Shown piece by piece: positions 20,053 through 29,207 of a stretch of 64,000 nt of DNA (its first letter is position 1; every line of letters starts with the position of its first letter). Where the stretch lies: assembly GCA_965213705.1 (NCBI GenBank), contig OZ243913.1, forward strand, positions 384,001-448,000. Direction: 5' to 3'. A program made the translations under genes and the position numbers. The stretch comes from Trueperaceae bacterium. Its GTDB lineage: Bacteria > Deinococcota > Deinococci > Deinococcales > Trueperaceae. The notes below the pieces were generated by a model that had not been told where the DNA came from, searched no databases, and was given only the letters and a program-made list of their open reading frames with translations.

Positions 20053-20058
20053 CCGCGT

Positions 20059-20754
20059 TCAGTGTGACAGTACGAAAGTCTCGAGCCCCGCAAACCGCTC
20101 ACTCAACAAATGGGCGAGCGCACTCAGGCCCCACACTTCGGAGCGGGTGTGCCCGACCGTCACGACGCCCATGCCCGTCTCCAGCACCGCTTTTTCGGCG
20201 TGAGGACGCCACTGGCCGGTCACGTAGAGGCCCACGCCCCGGTCGCGGGCCTCGAGCAGCAGCTTTTCGTTCATCGCGCCGACGACGGCGACGCGGGTGA
20301 CGGGTCCGCCGCCCGGGTGGGTGCGCTCGAGGCCGCCGAACACTTCGGCGACCTGTGCGGAGGCTGCCGCGAACGAGGTTTCTTCTACCCCGCCCACCAT
20401 GCCGATGCGCCGACCGTCCCTGTAACCGAGTTCTTCGACGCCCTGCAGCGAGAGCGCCGCCGCCAAACGCGGGTTGTAACCGAGCGTCAGTGTGTCGTCG
20501 AAGGGCAGGTGATAGGCCAGCACGCCCACGCCTGCGAGCAAGCCCGGGTCGAAGTGCCAGGGTCGGTGTAAGAAAAGGGCATCGAGGTCGCTCGCCTCGG
20601 CCCAGGCGTAGAGCTTGGGATTAGGCTCCACGGCCAACCCCAGACGTTTTATGTCACGTTCGCTCGGACGGTAAACGCCGTTCGTGTCGTCGGGATAGTT
20701 TTCTGTTGCAAAGTAACGGTTCAGAAAAATAACGAGGCTGTCTAGGCTGGGCAT
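20059..20754 (-). CDS. Nif3-like dinuclear metal-centre protein
   Basis: LFLHRP, YHLPFD, GYN..LA, YVTG and GHTRSE.WG motifs. Confidence 0.85.
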   Translation of the reverse strand: MPSLDSLVIFLNRYFATENYPDDTNGVYRPSERDIKRLGLAVEPNPKLYAWAEASDLDALFLHRPWHFDPGLLAGVGVLAYHLPFDDTLTLGYNPRLAAALSLQGVEELGYRDGRRIGMVGGVEETSFAAASAQVAEVFGGLERTHPGGGPVTRVAVVGAMNEKLLLEARDRGVGLYVTGQWRPHAEKAVLETGMGVVTVGHTRSEVWGLSALAHLLSERFAGLETFVLSH

Positions 20755-20837
20755 TGCTCAGTATCCAACCCGACGCTACCCGCGCACCTCGCTCAAGCTC
20801 ACGGTTTGGTTGGTTCGGACCGGCCTAGACTGAGCTT

Positions 20838-21428
20838 GTGGAACCCGTGAATACCTGGCAGGCGCGACTCGAGGATTTGGACACGCCTGCTATGCAACCC
20901 CTGAGCGCGTTCGTAGACACGTTACGCAGCGCGCGGAGCGAGGCCGTCCCCTACCCCGACCCTCAGGACGCCGGGGCAAAAGCCCAAGTTCTTTTGCTGC
21001 TCGAGGCCCCCGGACGGAGCGCGGTCGCGTCCGGCTTCGTGTCCCTAGACAACCCGGACGGCACCGCCCGCAACCTCTCCGGCATCTTGAGCGAGACCGG
21101 TTTAGCCCGCAGCGAAATCATCGTCTGGAACATCGTCCCCTGGTACATCGGCACGGACAAAAAGATTCGCGCGGCGACTCGGCAGGATATTACGGAAGGC
21201 TTGACGTACTTAAGGGACTTTTTAGACCTGCTGCCAGGGCTCGGCACGGTTGTGATGATGGGTAGAAAAGCGCAGCAGGCGCGAGGGTTTCTCGAGACCA
21301 CCCGCCCCGACCTGCGGCTGCTCGAGACTTTTCACCCCAGCAACCAGGCGCTGACGTTTGACAAGAGCAGACGCGTCCACATCGCGGAGACGCTTTCTGA
21401 GGCCGGTGAATTGCTGGCCGAAGATTAG
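20838..21428 (+). CDS. Uracil-DNA glycosylase superfamily protein
   Basis: LLEAPG, WNIVPW, MGRKAQ and FHPS motifs. Confidence 0.85.
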   Translation: MEPVNTWQARLEDLDTPAMQPLSAFVDTLRSARSEAVPYPDPQDAGAKAQVLLLLEAPGRSAVASGFVSLDNPDGTARNLSGILSETGLARSEIIVWNIVPWYIGTDKKIRAATRQDITEGLTYLRDFLDLLPGLGTVVMMGRKAQQARGFLETTRPDLRLLETFHPSNQALTFDKSRRVHIAETLSEAGELLAED

Positions 21429-21499
21429 GCCATCGTCTCCGATTGCCTTTGCAAAAGCTCGAGATAAGCTCTCGGGCGAAGGTGGAGTTTTGGCTGTGT

Positions 21500-22081
21500 T
21501 CAGGCCCGGTCTGACGAACCCGGCTCGAGCCGATAGGGAAACAACAGGTCGACGTCCAGAGTCCAGCCCGGTACGGCCGCTTCTGCCCCAGCCCGCTCGC
21601 CGCGGCGGTAGCGCTGCGGGCGTTTCAGCGCGTCCGCGTGGTAGGCCCGCACCACGTCGTTGCTCAGCACGTCCACGTCCCACACGACGAGCGTACCCGC
21701 GCTGAAGTAGTCGGCGCGCTTGTCACCCATCGCCCGTTCGGCTGTCATACCGTAGTCGTTTTCGCCGCGCACCTCCGCGGCAAAAACGGGTGCGCCCTCC
21801 AAAAATTTCATGCCGGTGGGTTGACCTGTGTAAAACGCAGCGTCCGGGCTGAAGGACTTGCGGTTCGGCAACTCAACGACGAAGCCGGTGTTGTCGGCGA
21901 CGGCGTAACCCTTGCGGGTGCGGCGGGCGTACTCACGTAAACCGGCATAAATTTCGCTGGCGGCGTAGCTCGGCAAAAACCCGGTGGGCGATATGCGCAT
22001 GATTGTACCCGCTACGAGTTCGGCTTTTTCGCCGCCGACTTCGTAAAGGTCGTCTATCGTCGCCGCTCGAGTGTCCGCCAC
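21500..22081 (-). CDS. Uma2-family (PD-(D/E)XK) putative endonuclease
   Basis: KAELV.G, SPDAAF, AP.FAAEV, K..DYF.AG...VW.VD and PGW motifs. Confidence 0.88.
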   Translation of the reverse strand: MADTRAATIDDLYEVGGEKAELVAGTIMRISPTGFLPSYAASEIYAGLREYARRTRKGYAVADNTGFVVELPNRKSFSPDAAFYTGQPTGMKFLEGAPVFAAEVRGENDYGMTAERAMGDKRADYFSAGTLVVWDVDVLSNDVVRAYHADALKRPQRYRRGERAGAEAAVPGWTLDVDLLFPYRLEPGSSDRA

Positions 22082-22142
22082 GCTTTACTCCTAAAATCCT
22101 AGTCTTAAAACGTTAGCACGCGCGCCCTGTATGCTTTAAGCC

Positions 22143-22817
22143 ATGAAGCTCACCTGGTACGGCCACGCCACCTTTTATGTAGAAGCCCAGGACGGCACGA
22201 CAATCGCCACCGACCCGCACAACCCGGCGACCTCGGGCTACGCGCCCTATACAAAACCCGCCGACATCGTGGTGATTTCCTCGAGCACGGACGACTTTCA
22301 CAACAACGAGTCTCTGATACCGGGCGAGCACGTGCTGGTGAACGCCCTCGAGCTGGCTCAATCCAGCGGGAGTCGCACCGAAAAGGGGATTACCTTCGAG
22401 GCCGTCGAAGCCCTGGAGAACACCGCCCACCGCGGCGGCCATCCCGACCAGAACGGGATGTACCGGTTTGAGGTGGACGGCGTCACTGTCGGCCACATGG
22501 GCGACATGGGCAACGCGCTGAGCGAGACGCAGCTCGAGTTCTTCCGCGGCCTCGACGTGCTTTTAGCGCTCGCGGGCGGTTATCCGGTCATCGGTTTGGA
22601 CAGTCTCAAAATGATGATTGACGAGGTGAAACCCAAACTCGTCGTGCCGATGCACTTCCAAACGCTGCGCCTGAAAACCAACGACGCGCTGTGGCTGGGC
22701 GACTTTTTAAGCCTTTTCGACAAGAGCGACATCGACTTCGCTTGCGACGACACGGTGACGCTGAACAAAGAGGTCTTGCCGGAGGAGACTCGAGTGCTCG
22801 TTTTGGACCACGTTTGA
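22143..22817 (+). CDS. MBL-fold metallo-hydrolase
   Basis: LTWYGHATF, TDP, DDFH, HMGDMG and VPMHF motifs. Confidence 0.85.
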   Translation: MKLTWYGHATFYVEAQDGTTIATDPHNPATSGYAPYTKPADIVVISSSTDDFHNNESLIPGEHVLVNALELAQSSGSRTEKGITFEAVEALENTAHRGGHPDQNGMYRFEVDGVTVGHMGDMGNALSETQLEFFRGLDVLLALAGGYPVIGLDSLKMMIDEVKPKLVVPMHFQTLRLKTNDALWLGDFLSLFDKSDIDFACDDTVTLNKEVLPEETRVLVLDHV

Positions 22818-22868
22818 AGGCTGAGCCCCGACGAGCACTCGGTCTCATATACTCGATATACTCGGCTC

Positions 22869-23336
22869 ATGTCTGCTCCACAGACCATCACCGTTCGGCC
22901 TGTCGACGCCAACAACTGGCGAAGCGTGTGCGCGCTTCGAGTGAGCGAGACACAACGCGCCTTTGTCGCCGAGCCGAGCTACTACCTCGCGCTGTGCTGC
23001 TACGACACGTGGAACCCTTTGGCTATCTACTTAGACAACACGGTCGTCGGTTTCATGATGTGGGGCATCGACGACGACGGAAGTTGTTGGCTGGGCGGTA
23101 TTCTCATCGACCAAAAACATCAAAATAAAGGCTACGGGCGGAAAGCAGTACGAGAAGCCGTCACTGTTCTCTCCGAACAAACCGGGGCTACGGGGTTCGC
23201 GCTTTCTTACCAACCGGCCAACGCCACCGCTCGGCATCTTTACGGGTCTATGGGTTTTGTGGAGACAGGCGAACAAGAAGACGACGAAGCCGTCGCCAGG
23301 CTGACCCTCGGCAGTTCCCCGAACTTTACTCCATGA
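22869..23336 (+). CDS. GNAT N-acetyltransferase (polyamine acetyltransferase-like)
   Basis: L.V...Q..FVA, ID..HQNKGYG and N..A..LY.SMGF motifs. Confidence 0.88.
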   Translation: MSAPQTITVRPVDANNWRSVCALRVSETQRAFVAEPSYYLALCCYDTWNPLAIYLDNTVVGFMMWGIDDDGSCWLGGILIDQKHQNKGYGRKAVREAVTVLSEQTGATGFALSYQPANATARHLYGSMGFVETGEQEDDEAVARLTLGSSPNFTP

Positions 23337-24156
23337 GCGGCAACTCAACGTCGTAAGCGTCCCAGTTGTCTTTCAGCCAAGCGTGGTCGGGGTCGTCGAC
23401 CGGCGGCGTGGCGCGTTTCTCACCCACGAGCTTGCCCGCGAGGTAGTTTAAAAAGTACATCGTGCTCCCCGGACTCGCCGCGACCGGGTGGTAACCCTGG
23501 GTGACGAGTACCAGGTCGTCGTCCTCAACCCTGAAAACCTCTGCGAACTCGGTCTCGGGGCTGTAGTTGTGGTGGAGGCCGAAGCCGCCCGGTTTGTCGA
23601 ACCTGAAGTGGTAGGTTTCCTCCAGGTAAGGGCTGTTCAAGACTTCGTCGTGCCGGTGCGGCGGCCAGCCCGACCACATGCCGCCGGGCACATAAACCTC
23701 GAATAGGATAAGGCGTTCGGCGGGCAAGGGGTGCGACAGGATGTGGTGGACCTCGCGCACCGCCGCGCCGCCGCCGCGCACCTCGACGCGCATTTCGGCA
23801 GGTTCAAACAGGCGCAGCGGGTACTTGCCTTCGGCGGGCGCGGTGCCGACGGCAAACTCGAAACCTGAGCCGGCTTGGACCTCGAGCGCACAACCCGGCG
23901 GCATGTAAAGAACGTGCGGCTTCTCTTCAAACACGCTTTCCCGCGCAACGTCGAAGGTCTGGCCCTCTACTTTGAGGCTCGCTTTACCCGCCAAAGGTAC
24001 GAGCGCCGCCTCACTACCACCGGTATCAAAACTGTACGTTTCGCCCGCCTCAAGGTTGACAGCCTGATAGCCCAAGTAATCCCAACCGACGGCCTGCGGT
24101 CGAACATCGAATTTGAGGCGGTTTTTTGCGGGCTTCAGGTGATGGTCGTTCGTCAT
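23326..24156 (-). CDS. iolB: 5-deoxy-glucuronate isomerase
   Basis: EVYVPGGMWSGWPPHRHD, YLEETY, GYHPV and YFLNYLAG motifs. Confidence 0.93.
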   Translation of the reverse strand: MTNDHHLKPAKNRLKFDVRPQAVGWDYLGYQAVNLEAGETYSFDTGGSEAALVPLAGKASLKVEGQTFDVARESVFEEKPHVLYMPPGCALEVQAGSGFEFAVGTAPAEGKYPLRLFEPAEMRVEVRGGGAAVREVHHILSHPLPAERLILFEVYVPGGMWSGWPPHRHDEVLNSPYLEETYHFRFDKPGGFGLHHNYSPETEFAEVFRVEDDDLVLVTQGYHPVAASPGSTMYFLNYLAGKLVGEKRATPPVDDPDHAWLKDNWDAYDVELPLME

Positions 24157-24262
24157 GGTTCGCTCTCCCCTTCAGTTTAAGAATCCCCGCTCGAGTGAGC
24201 CGGTAGCTCGTAGTGAGTGGCTTGACAGAATAACCACCTACCACAAGCTACGAGCCACAAAC

Positions 24263-25249
24263 CTAAAGCCGCTGCGTTTGGCCGGTTTTTAGGGCGCGGC
24301 CGGCCGCCTCAGCCAACACAAGGGCGCGCTCGCCCTCTGCACCCGAGACTTCCGGCTCGGCTTCGCCTCGCACCACTTTAACGAAGTGCTCGAGTTCCGC
24401 CCGGTAAGCGTCTTGATAGCGCTCGAGGAAAAAGTGCAGCGGCTTTCCGCTCACGACGCCGTTCGCACTGCTTTTGACGAGCGTGTTTTCCAGCACGTTC
24501 CCCACTTGCAACATCCCGCCGGACCCGTGAACCTCGACGCGCTGGTCGTAGCCGTACGACGCGCGGCGGCTGTTGGTGATGACCGCGAGCGCGCCGCTCG
24601 CGAACTTCAAGGTCACAACCGCCGTGTCGATGTCGCCCGCCGCGGCAACGTCTGAACTGACGAGGCTCGAGCCGCTGGCGCTTACCTCGAGGGGCGTTTC
24701 GCCGACGAGCCAGCAAGCCATGTCCAGGTCGTGAATCGTCATGTCTTTGAACAAGCCGCCGGAAACCTCAAGGTAACTCGCACTCGGTGGACCGGGGTCG
24801 CGCGAGGTGATTTGCACGAGTTCGGGCGTACCGACGTCGCCCGCCGCGAGCGCCGTTTTAAGCGCCCGAAAGTGTTTGTCGAAGCGGCGGTTGAAGCCGA
24901 CGAATATTTTGGCCCCGTGTTCGTCTACAACTTGCAAACAGCGCTGCACCCGCGCTGCGCTCAAGTCTATCGGCTTTTCGCAAAAAATCGTCTTGCCGGA
25001 GCGCGCCCCCGCTTCTACAAGGTCGGCGTGCGTGTCGGTCGCCGAGCCGATGAGGACGGCGGGAATTTTGGCGTCGGCGAACACCTCCGCGGCCGTGGCA
25101 ACCCGCGCGCCGTACTGCGCGGCCAACGCCTCGGCGGCAGGAGCGTACACGTCCACGACGGCCGCCAACCGGGTCTGCGGGTGAAGTGCGATGTTGGCCG
25201 CGTGAACCTTGCCGATGCGGCCGGCGCCGAACAGGGCAACGGAAACCAT
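24263..25249 (-). CDS. iolG: Inositol 2-dehydrogenase
   Basis: GAGRIG, CEKPID, GFNRRFD, TSRDP, SGGLFKDMTIHD and YGYDQRVE motifs, next to iolB. Confidence 0.93.
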   Translation of the reverse strand: MVSVALFGAGRIGKVHAANIALHPQTRLAAVVDVYAPAAEALAAQYGARVATAAEVFADAKIPAVLIGSATDTHADLVEAGARSGKTIFCEKPIDLSAARVQRCLQVVDEHGAKIFVGFNRRFDKHFRALKTALAAGDVGTPELVQITSRDPGPPSASYLEVSGGLFKDMTIHDLDMACWLVGETPLEVSASGSSLVSSDVAAAGDIDTAVVTLKFASGALAVITNSRRASYGYDQRVEVHGSGGMLQVGNVLENTLVKSSANGVVSGKPLHFFLERYQDAYRAELEHFVKVVRGEAEPEVSGAEGERALVLAEAAGRALKTGQTQRL

Positions 25250-25516
25250 AAACCTCCTAAGCTCGAGGCGCAAGTTGCGCCTGCTTGGCTCGAGCGCCTT
25301 CTAGCCTAAAATGTAAACGAGTGTAACGCTCCGCTGTGCGCGCGGCAACAGCCACCGGGAGGACGGAGCCACGAGCAGTGTAGCTGCAAACCTGACCTTA
25401 GCACTCCGGTTGTGACTGGAGTTCTCACAAACGCTTCAAGCCGAAAAACAACCTTGGCGGGTCGACTTCACGGGTGCCCGGACCACCCTCGAGCCGCCGA
25501 GTGGTTTAATGGGGTC

Positions 25517-26410
25517 GTGAAACAAAATCGGCTCGGCACGTCCGACCTGTGGGTGAGCGAAATCGGCTTCGGCTGTATGTCTTTGGGGCCGGACCGGGCG
25601 GCGGGCGTTGAGTTGCTGGAGCGCGCTTTCGACCTGGGCGTCACCTTTTTCGACACCGCCGACTTGTACGACCACGGCGAGAACGAGGTGCTGGTGGGCA
25701 CGGCTTTGGCGGCGGTGCGCGACCGGGTCGTCATCGCCACCAAGGTCGGCAACCGCTGGAACCCGGACGGCGATTGGCGTTGGGACCCCTCGAGCGCCTG
25801 GATCAAAGAAGCCGTGCAGCGCAGTTTGAAACGTCTGCAAACCGACTACATCGACCTGTACCAACTTCACGGCGGCACCCTGGACGACCCCCTGGACGAG
25901 ACCGTCCAAACGTTCGAAGACCTCAAACGGGCGGGGCTTATTCGCGCTTACGGCATCTCGTCGATTCGCCCGCAGGTGATTCGTGCCTGGTTGGAGCGTG
26001 CCGACCCGGCGAGTGTGATGATGCAGTACAGCCTTTTGGACCGCCGTCCCGAAGAAGAGGCCTTGGGCTTGCTGCACGACGCCTCGGTCGGCGTTATCGC
26101 CCGCGGCCCGGTCGCCAAGGGCCTGCTCGCGGACAAAACCGCCGCCGGGTATTTACAGCGCAGCCGGGAAGAGGTGGCCGCGGTGCAGCGGGGTTTGGAA
26201 ACTTTTGCCCGCCCGGGACGCAGCAACGCCCAACTCGCCCTGCGCTACACCCTCGCCGCCGAGGGCGTAGCGAGCGCTGTTCCGGGTGCGAGTAGTCTAA
26301 AGCAGTTGGAGGAAAACGTAGCCGCCGCCGCCGCACCGCCCCCGACGCTGGCGGAACTGGCAAGTCTCCGGCAACTCGCCAAAGCCGAACGTTACGAGAA
26401 GTACCGCTAA
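25517..26410 (+). CDS. Aldo/keto reductase
   Basis: GFGCMSL, DTADLY, IATKVG, SLKRLQTDYIDLYQLH and PGASS motifs. Confidence 0.92.
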   Translation: MKQNRLGTSDLWVSEIGFGCMSLGPDRAAGVELLERAFDLGVTFFDTADLYDHGENEVLVGTALAAVRDRVVIATKVGNRWNPDGDWRWDPSSAWIKEAVQRSLKRLQTDYIDLYQLHGGTLDDPLDETVQTFEDLKRAGLIRAYGISSIRPQVIRAWLERADPASVMMQYSLLDRRPEEEALGLLHDASVGVIARGPVAKGLLADKTAAGYLQRSREEVAAVQRGLETFARPGRSNAQLALRYTLAAEGVASAVPGASSLKQLEENVAAAAAPPPTLAELASLRQLAKAERYEKYR

Positions 26411-26586
26411 AGATAAAGCCTCACCCCTGCGGCAAAAGACCGGGGCAAGAAGCAGTCGCGGCTCTTTTCTTGCAGAAAAATCCAGGGTTCAAAAGACTGG
26501 GGTTCAAAAGACTACAGAACTCAAAAACCTGGAAAAACCGGGGCTCCTGCACCGCTCGGTCCGCCCCGTGATAGGCTTCGTGCACG

Positions 26587-27966
26587 ATGACGAAACGCCT
26601 TCGATTGGGCGAAAAATTGGGCTACGGGGTAGCCGACGTGGGCGCTTCGCTGACCTTCGTCGCGGTCAACACCTGGCTGCTTTATTTTCTGGTCAACATC
26701 GTCGGTTTGGAGCCGCTTGCGGCGGGCGTCGTTTTTGTCGTGGGCCGCGTGCTCGACGCCGGCCTCGACCCGCTGATGGGCGTCCTGTCCGACCGGCTCA
26801 AGGGGCGGTTCAAGCGCAAGCGGTTTATCCGTTGGGGCGCGCTGCCGCTGGGCATCAGCTTTGCGCTGCTATGGTTGGTGCCGGACGGTTCGCAACTTCT
26901 GAAGTTCGCGTTTGCGCTGGTGCTGTTTATGCTTTTTTCGACGCTGTTCACCGTCGTCCAGGTGCCCTACATGGCGCTCACGCCGGAAATCGCCGCCGAC
27001 TACGACGAGCGCACCAGCCTGACGAGTTTTCGCATGGGGTTCGGCACGTTCGCCTCGATGCTCGCTTTTGTAGTCCCGCCGTTGGTCGTGTCGGCGTTCA
27101 GCCAGGGACCGGACTTGGCGCAGAGCGCGCCGCTCGGCTGGTTCGTCACGGGGGCGCTGTTCGGGGGCATAGCGAGCGCAGCTTACCTGACGATGACCGC
27201 CACCGTCGGCGAGCCCGCACCCAAGTCGCAACGTCCGGAAAGCGTGGGCGCGTCTTTCTGGGCCGAGGCTCGAGCCGCTTTCGCCATCCACGGCTTTCGC
27301 GAAATTTTCACCCTTTTTATGGTCGTGACAACCGGCATCATGATTTTGAACTCTGTTTTGCCGTTTTACTTGGAATCCAGCTTGCGGTTGAGCGCCGACG
27401 CGCAGCCGCTCGTTTTGGGCACGCTGTTCGGGGTCGCCATCGCCGCTTTTCCTTTTTGGAACCTGGTGGCAGCCAGGTTCGGCAAGCGCTTCTCCCTCGT
27501 GGCGGGGTTGCTGCTGCTGAGCGCCGGCACCTTGGCGCTCGTGCTGTTTTCGCCGCCGGGGCGCGTGTCTTTTTACCTGCTCGCCACGAGCGCGCTCGCG
27601 GGGGTCGGGTTTTCCGCGGTGACGCTGTTTCCCTGGGCGATGCTGCCCGACGTCGTCGAGTTCGACGAACTCGCCAGCGGGCGACGGCGCGAGGGCACGG
27701 TGTACGCGCTCTTTACCTTCGGGCAAAAGTTGGCGGGTTCGGTGGGCGTTTTTTCGAACGCGCTGGTCGCTTCGCTGTTCGGCTACCAGCAAGGCGTCGC
27801 GCTGCAAAGTCCGGCGACCGCAAGAGCCCTACAAACGATGGCGGGGCCGGTGGCGGCGGGGGTTTTTCTGCTGGCGATTTTTTTCGTGCTGCGCTTTCCC
27901 ATTACCAAGGCGAGCTACGAAGAAACGGTGCGGCGCTTGAAAAACGCCTCGAGCGCGCCCAACTAG
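26587..27966 (+). CDS. GPH/MFS (MelB-like) sugar:cation symporter
   Basis: EKLGYG, DA..DP.MG..SD, PY.AL..EI..DYDERT.L..FR and MLPDVVE.DE...GRRREG motifs. Confidence 0.92.
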   Translation: MTKRLRLGEKLGYGVADVGASLTFVAVNTWLLYFLVNIVGLEPLAAGVVFVVGRVLDAGLDPLMGVLSDRLKGRFKRKRFIRWGALPLGISFALLWLVPDGSQLLKFAFALVLFMLFSTLFTVVQVPYMALTPEIAADYDERTSLTSFRMGFGTFASMLAFVVPPLVVSAFSQGPDLAQSAPLGWFVTGALFGGIASAAYLTMTATVGEPAPKSQRPESVGASFWAEARAAFAIHGFREIFTLFMVVTTGIMILNSVLPFYLESSLRLSADAQPLVLGTLFGVAIAAFPFWNLVAARFGKRFSLVAGLLLLSAGTLALVLFSPPGRVSFYLLATSALAGVGFSAVTLFPWAMLPDVVEFDELASGRRREGTVYALFTFGQKLAGSVGVFSNALVASLFGYQQGVALQSPATARALQTMAGPVAAGVFLLAIFFVLRFPITKASYEETVRRLKNASSAPN

Positions 27967-28818
27967 AGCGTGTTATGAACTAGCCGGAAGAGTTAAAAAA
28001 GGGGCTAAGCGTTTAAGCATGAGCATAGAGAAAGCTAAGAAATGCAGCCCAGCAAGGGTTTCAGGCAGTCGTTCATAGTCACGGGCTAAGCGCCTGAGTC
28101 GGGATGTCCAGGCAAAGGAACGCTCTACGACCCAGCGTCTGGGTAGCAAAACGAAGCCTTTCTTAGCTTCTTCGTGTTTAACAACGAAGAGCCGAATGCC
28201 TTGGCTTTTAGCCGCCTCGGCTGCGTCGTCACCTGTGTAGCCCTGGTCTACAAACGCAACCTCGACGGATTCTCCAGTTATGGTTTGAACTTGCTCGGCA
28301 AGCGCTTCAACCTGATGGCGTTCTTGTTCGTTTGCAGGTGTAACGACAAGGGCTAAGAGTAGACCCAAGGTATCGACTGCCAGATGGACTTTAGAGCCTT
28401 TCTTACGCTTGTGTCCGTCATAGCCCGCACGTTCGCCACTCTCAGGCGTACTTTGTAAGGTGCGTCCATCAAACACCGTCGCTGTTGGGTTTTCTCCTCG
28501 TCCTTTCAGCCGTCTCAGCAGGCTTCGTAGGTCGTGGGTCATCTCCTCGAACACGCCTGCTTTTAACCACCTTTGGCTTTGCTGATATACCGCTTCCCAA
28601 GGTGGGAAGTCACCAGGTAAATAGCGCCAAGGTGAGCCTGAGCGAACCATCCATCTCAAAGCATCAAACACCTCTCGTAGGTCATAACTTCGTTGTGGGG
28701 CGTCTTCTCTGATTAAGCTCAAGTACGGTGCTACAAAAGCCCATTCTTCATCGCCGACATCACTCGGATAACCTTTCCTTGTCATTCTTTAGTTTAGCGA
28801 TTGAGTTCATAACACCCT
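27967..28818 (-). mobile_element. IS5-family insertion sequence, about 850 bp, intact
   Basis: TIRs AGCGTGTTATGAACT (27967-27981) and AGTTCATAACACCCT (28804-28818), 14/15 match. CTAG on both sides (27963-66, 28819-22). Lower GC. Ends could be 1 nt wider if the duplication is TA. Confidence 0.95.
27973..28785 (-). CDS. IS5-family DDE transposase
   Basis: YPSD, W..LP.DFPPW..VY, GYDGHK..KG.K.H.AVDTLG, DQGY and [12 protein letters not shown] motifs. Confidence 0.96.
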   Translation of the reverse strand: MTRKGYPSDVGDEEWAFVAPYLSLIREDAPQRSYDLREVFDALRWMVRSGSPWRYLPGDFPPWEAVYQQSQRWLKAGVFEEMTHDLRSLLRRLKGRGENPTATVFDGRTLQSTPESGERAGYDGHKRKKGSKVHLAVDTLGLLLALVVTPANEQERHQVEALAEQVQTITGESVEVAFVDQGYTGDDAAEAAKSQGIRLFVVKHEEAKKGFVLLPRRWVVERSFAWTSRLRRLARDYERLPETLAGLHFLAFSMLMLKRLAPFLTLPASS

Positions 28819-29207
28819 CTAGACTTTTCTTGAACAGTATCAACTGAGCAGCCCTACGGCCGGTAACTACCGCTGTCCAACTGGACTTTTGCAAGAGGTT
28901 TGATAAACCGGGTGGCGTCGGCAACCTGTCGCCCCCCGGACTCGGACGCGTTTTGCGTACCGCCTCAGCAGAGGTTGTCCGCTCCTGGACTTCAGTCAAC
29001 AAAAAGCGTCGGCTCGCTGAACGCCCTTGTGGGCGCTAACACCGCTTCCCGCGTGCCCGGCTGTCGAAGCGAAAACTTCCGGTGCAAAACGGTTCACCGC
29101 CGGTTGTCAAAAGCTCGGTCGTCTGCACGCAGGATTCGGAATCTCGCCGTGAGGTCGGCCCCTGTACCGTCGCCGTCCTCTTGAGGTTCGCGCCGAGTCG
29201 GCAGACC

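Noticed and set aside
24203..24258. Imperfect inverted repeat GTAGCTCGTAG...CTACGAGCCAC between iolG and iolB (a similar purine/pyrimidine hairpin lies at 42955-43014)
   Set aside because: Too degenerate to assign as a terminator, riboswitch or repeat family from this window alone.
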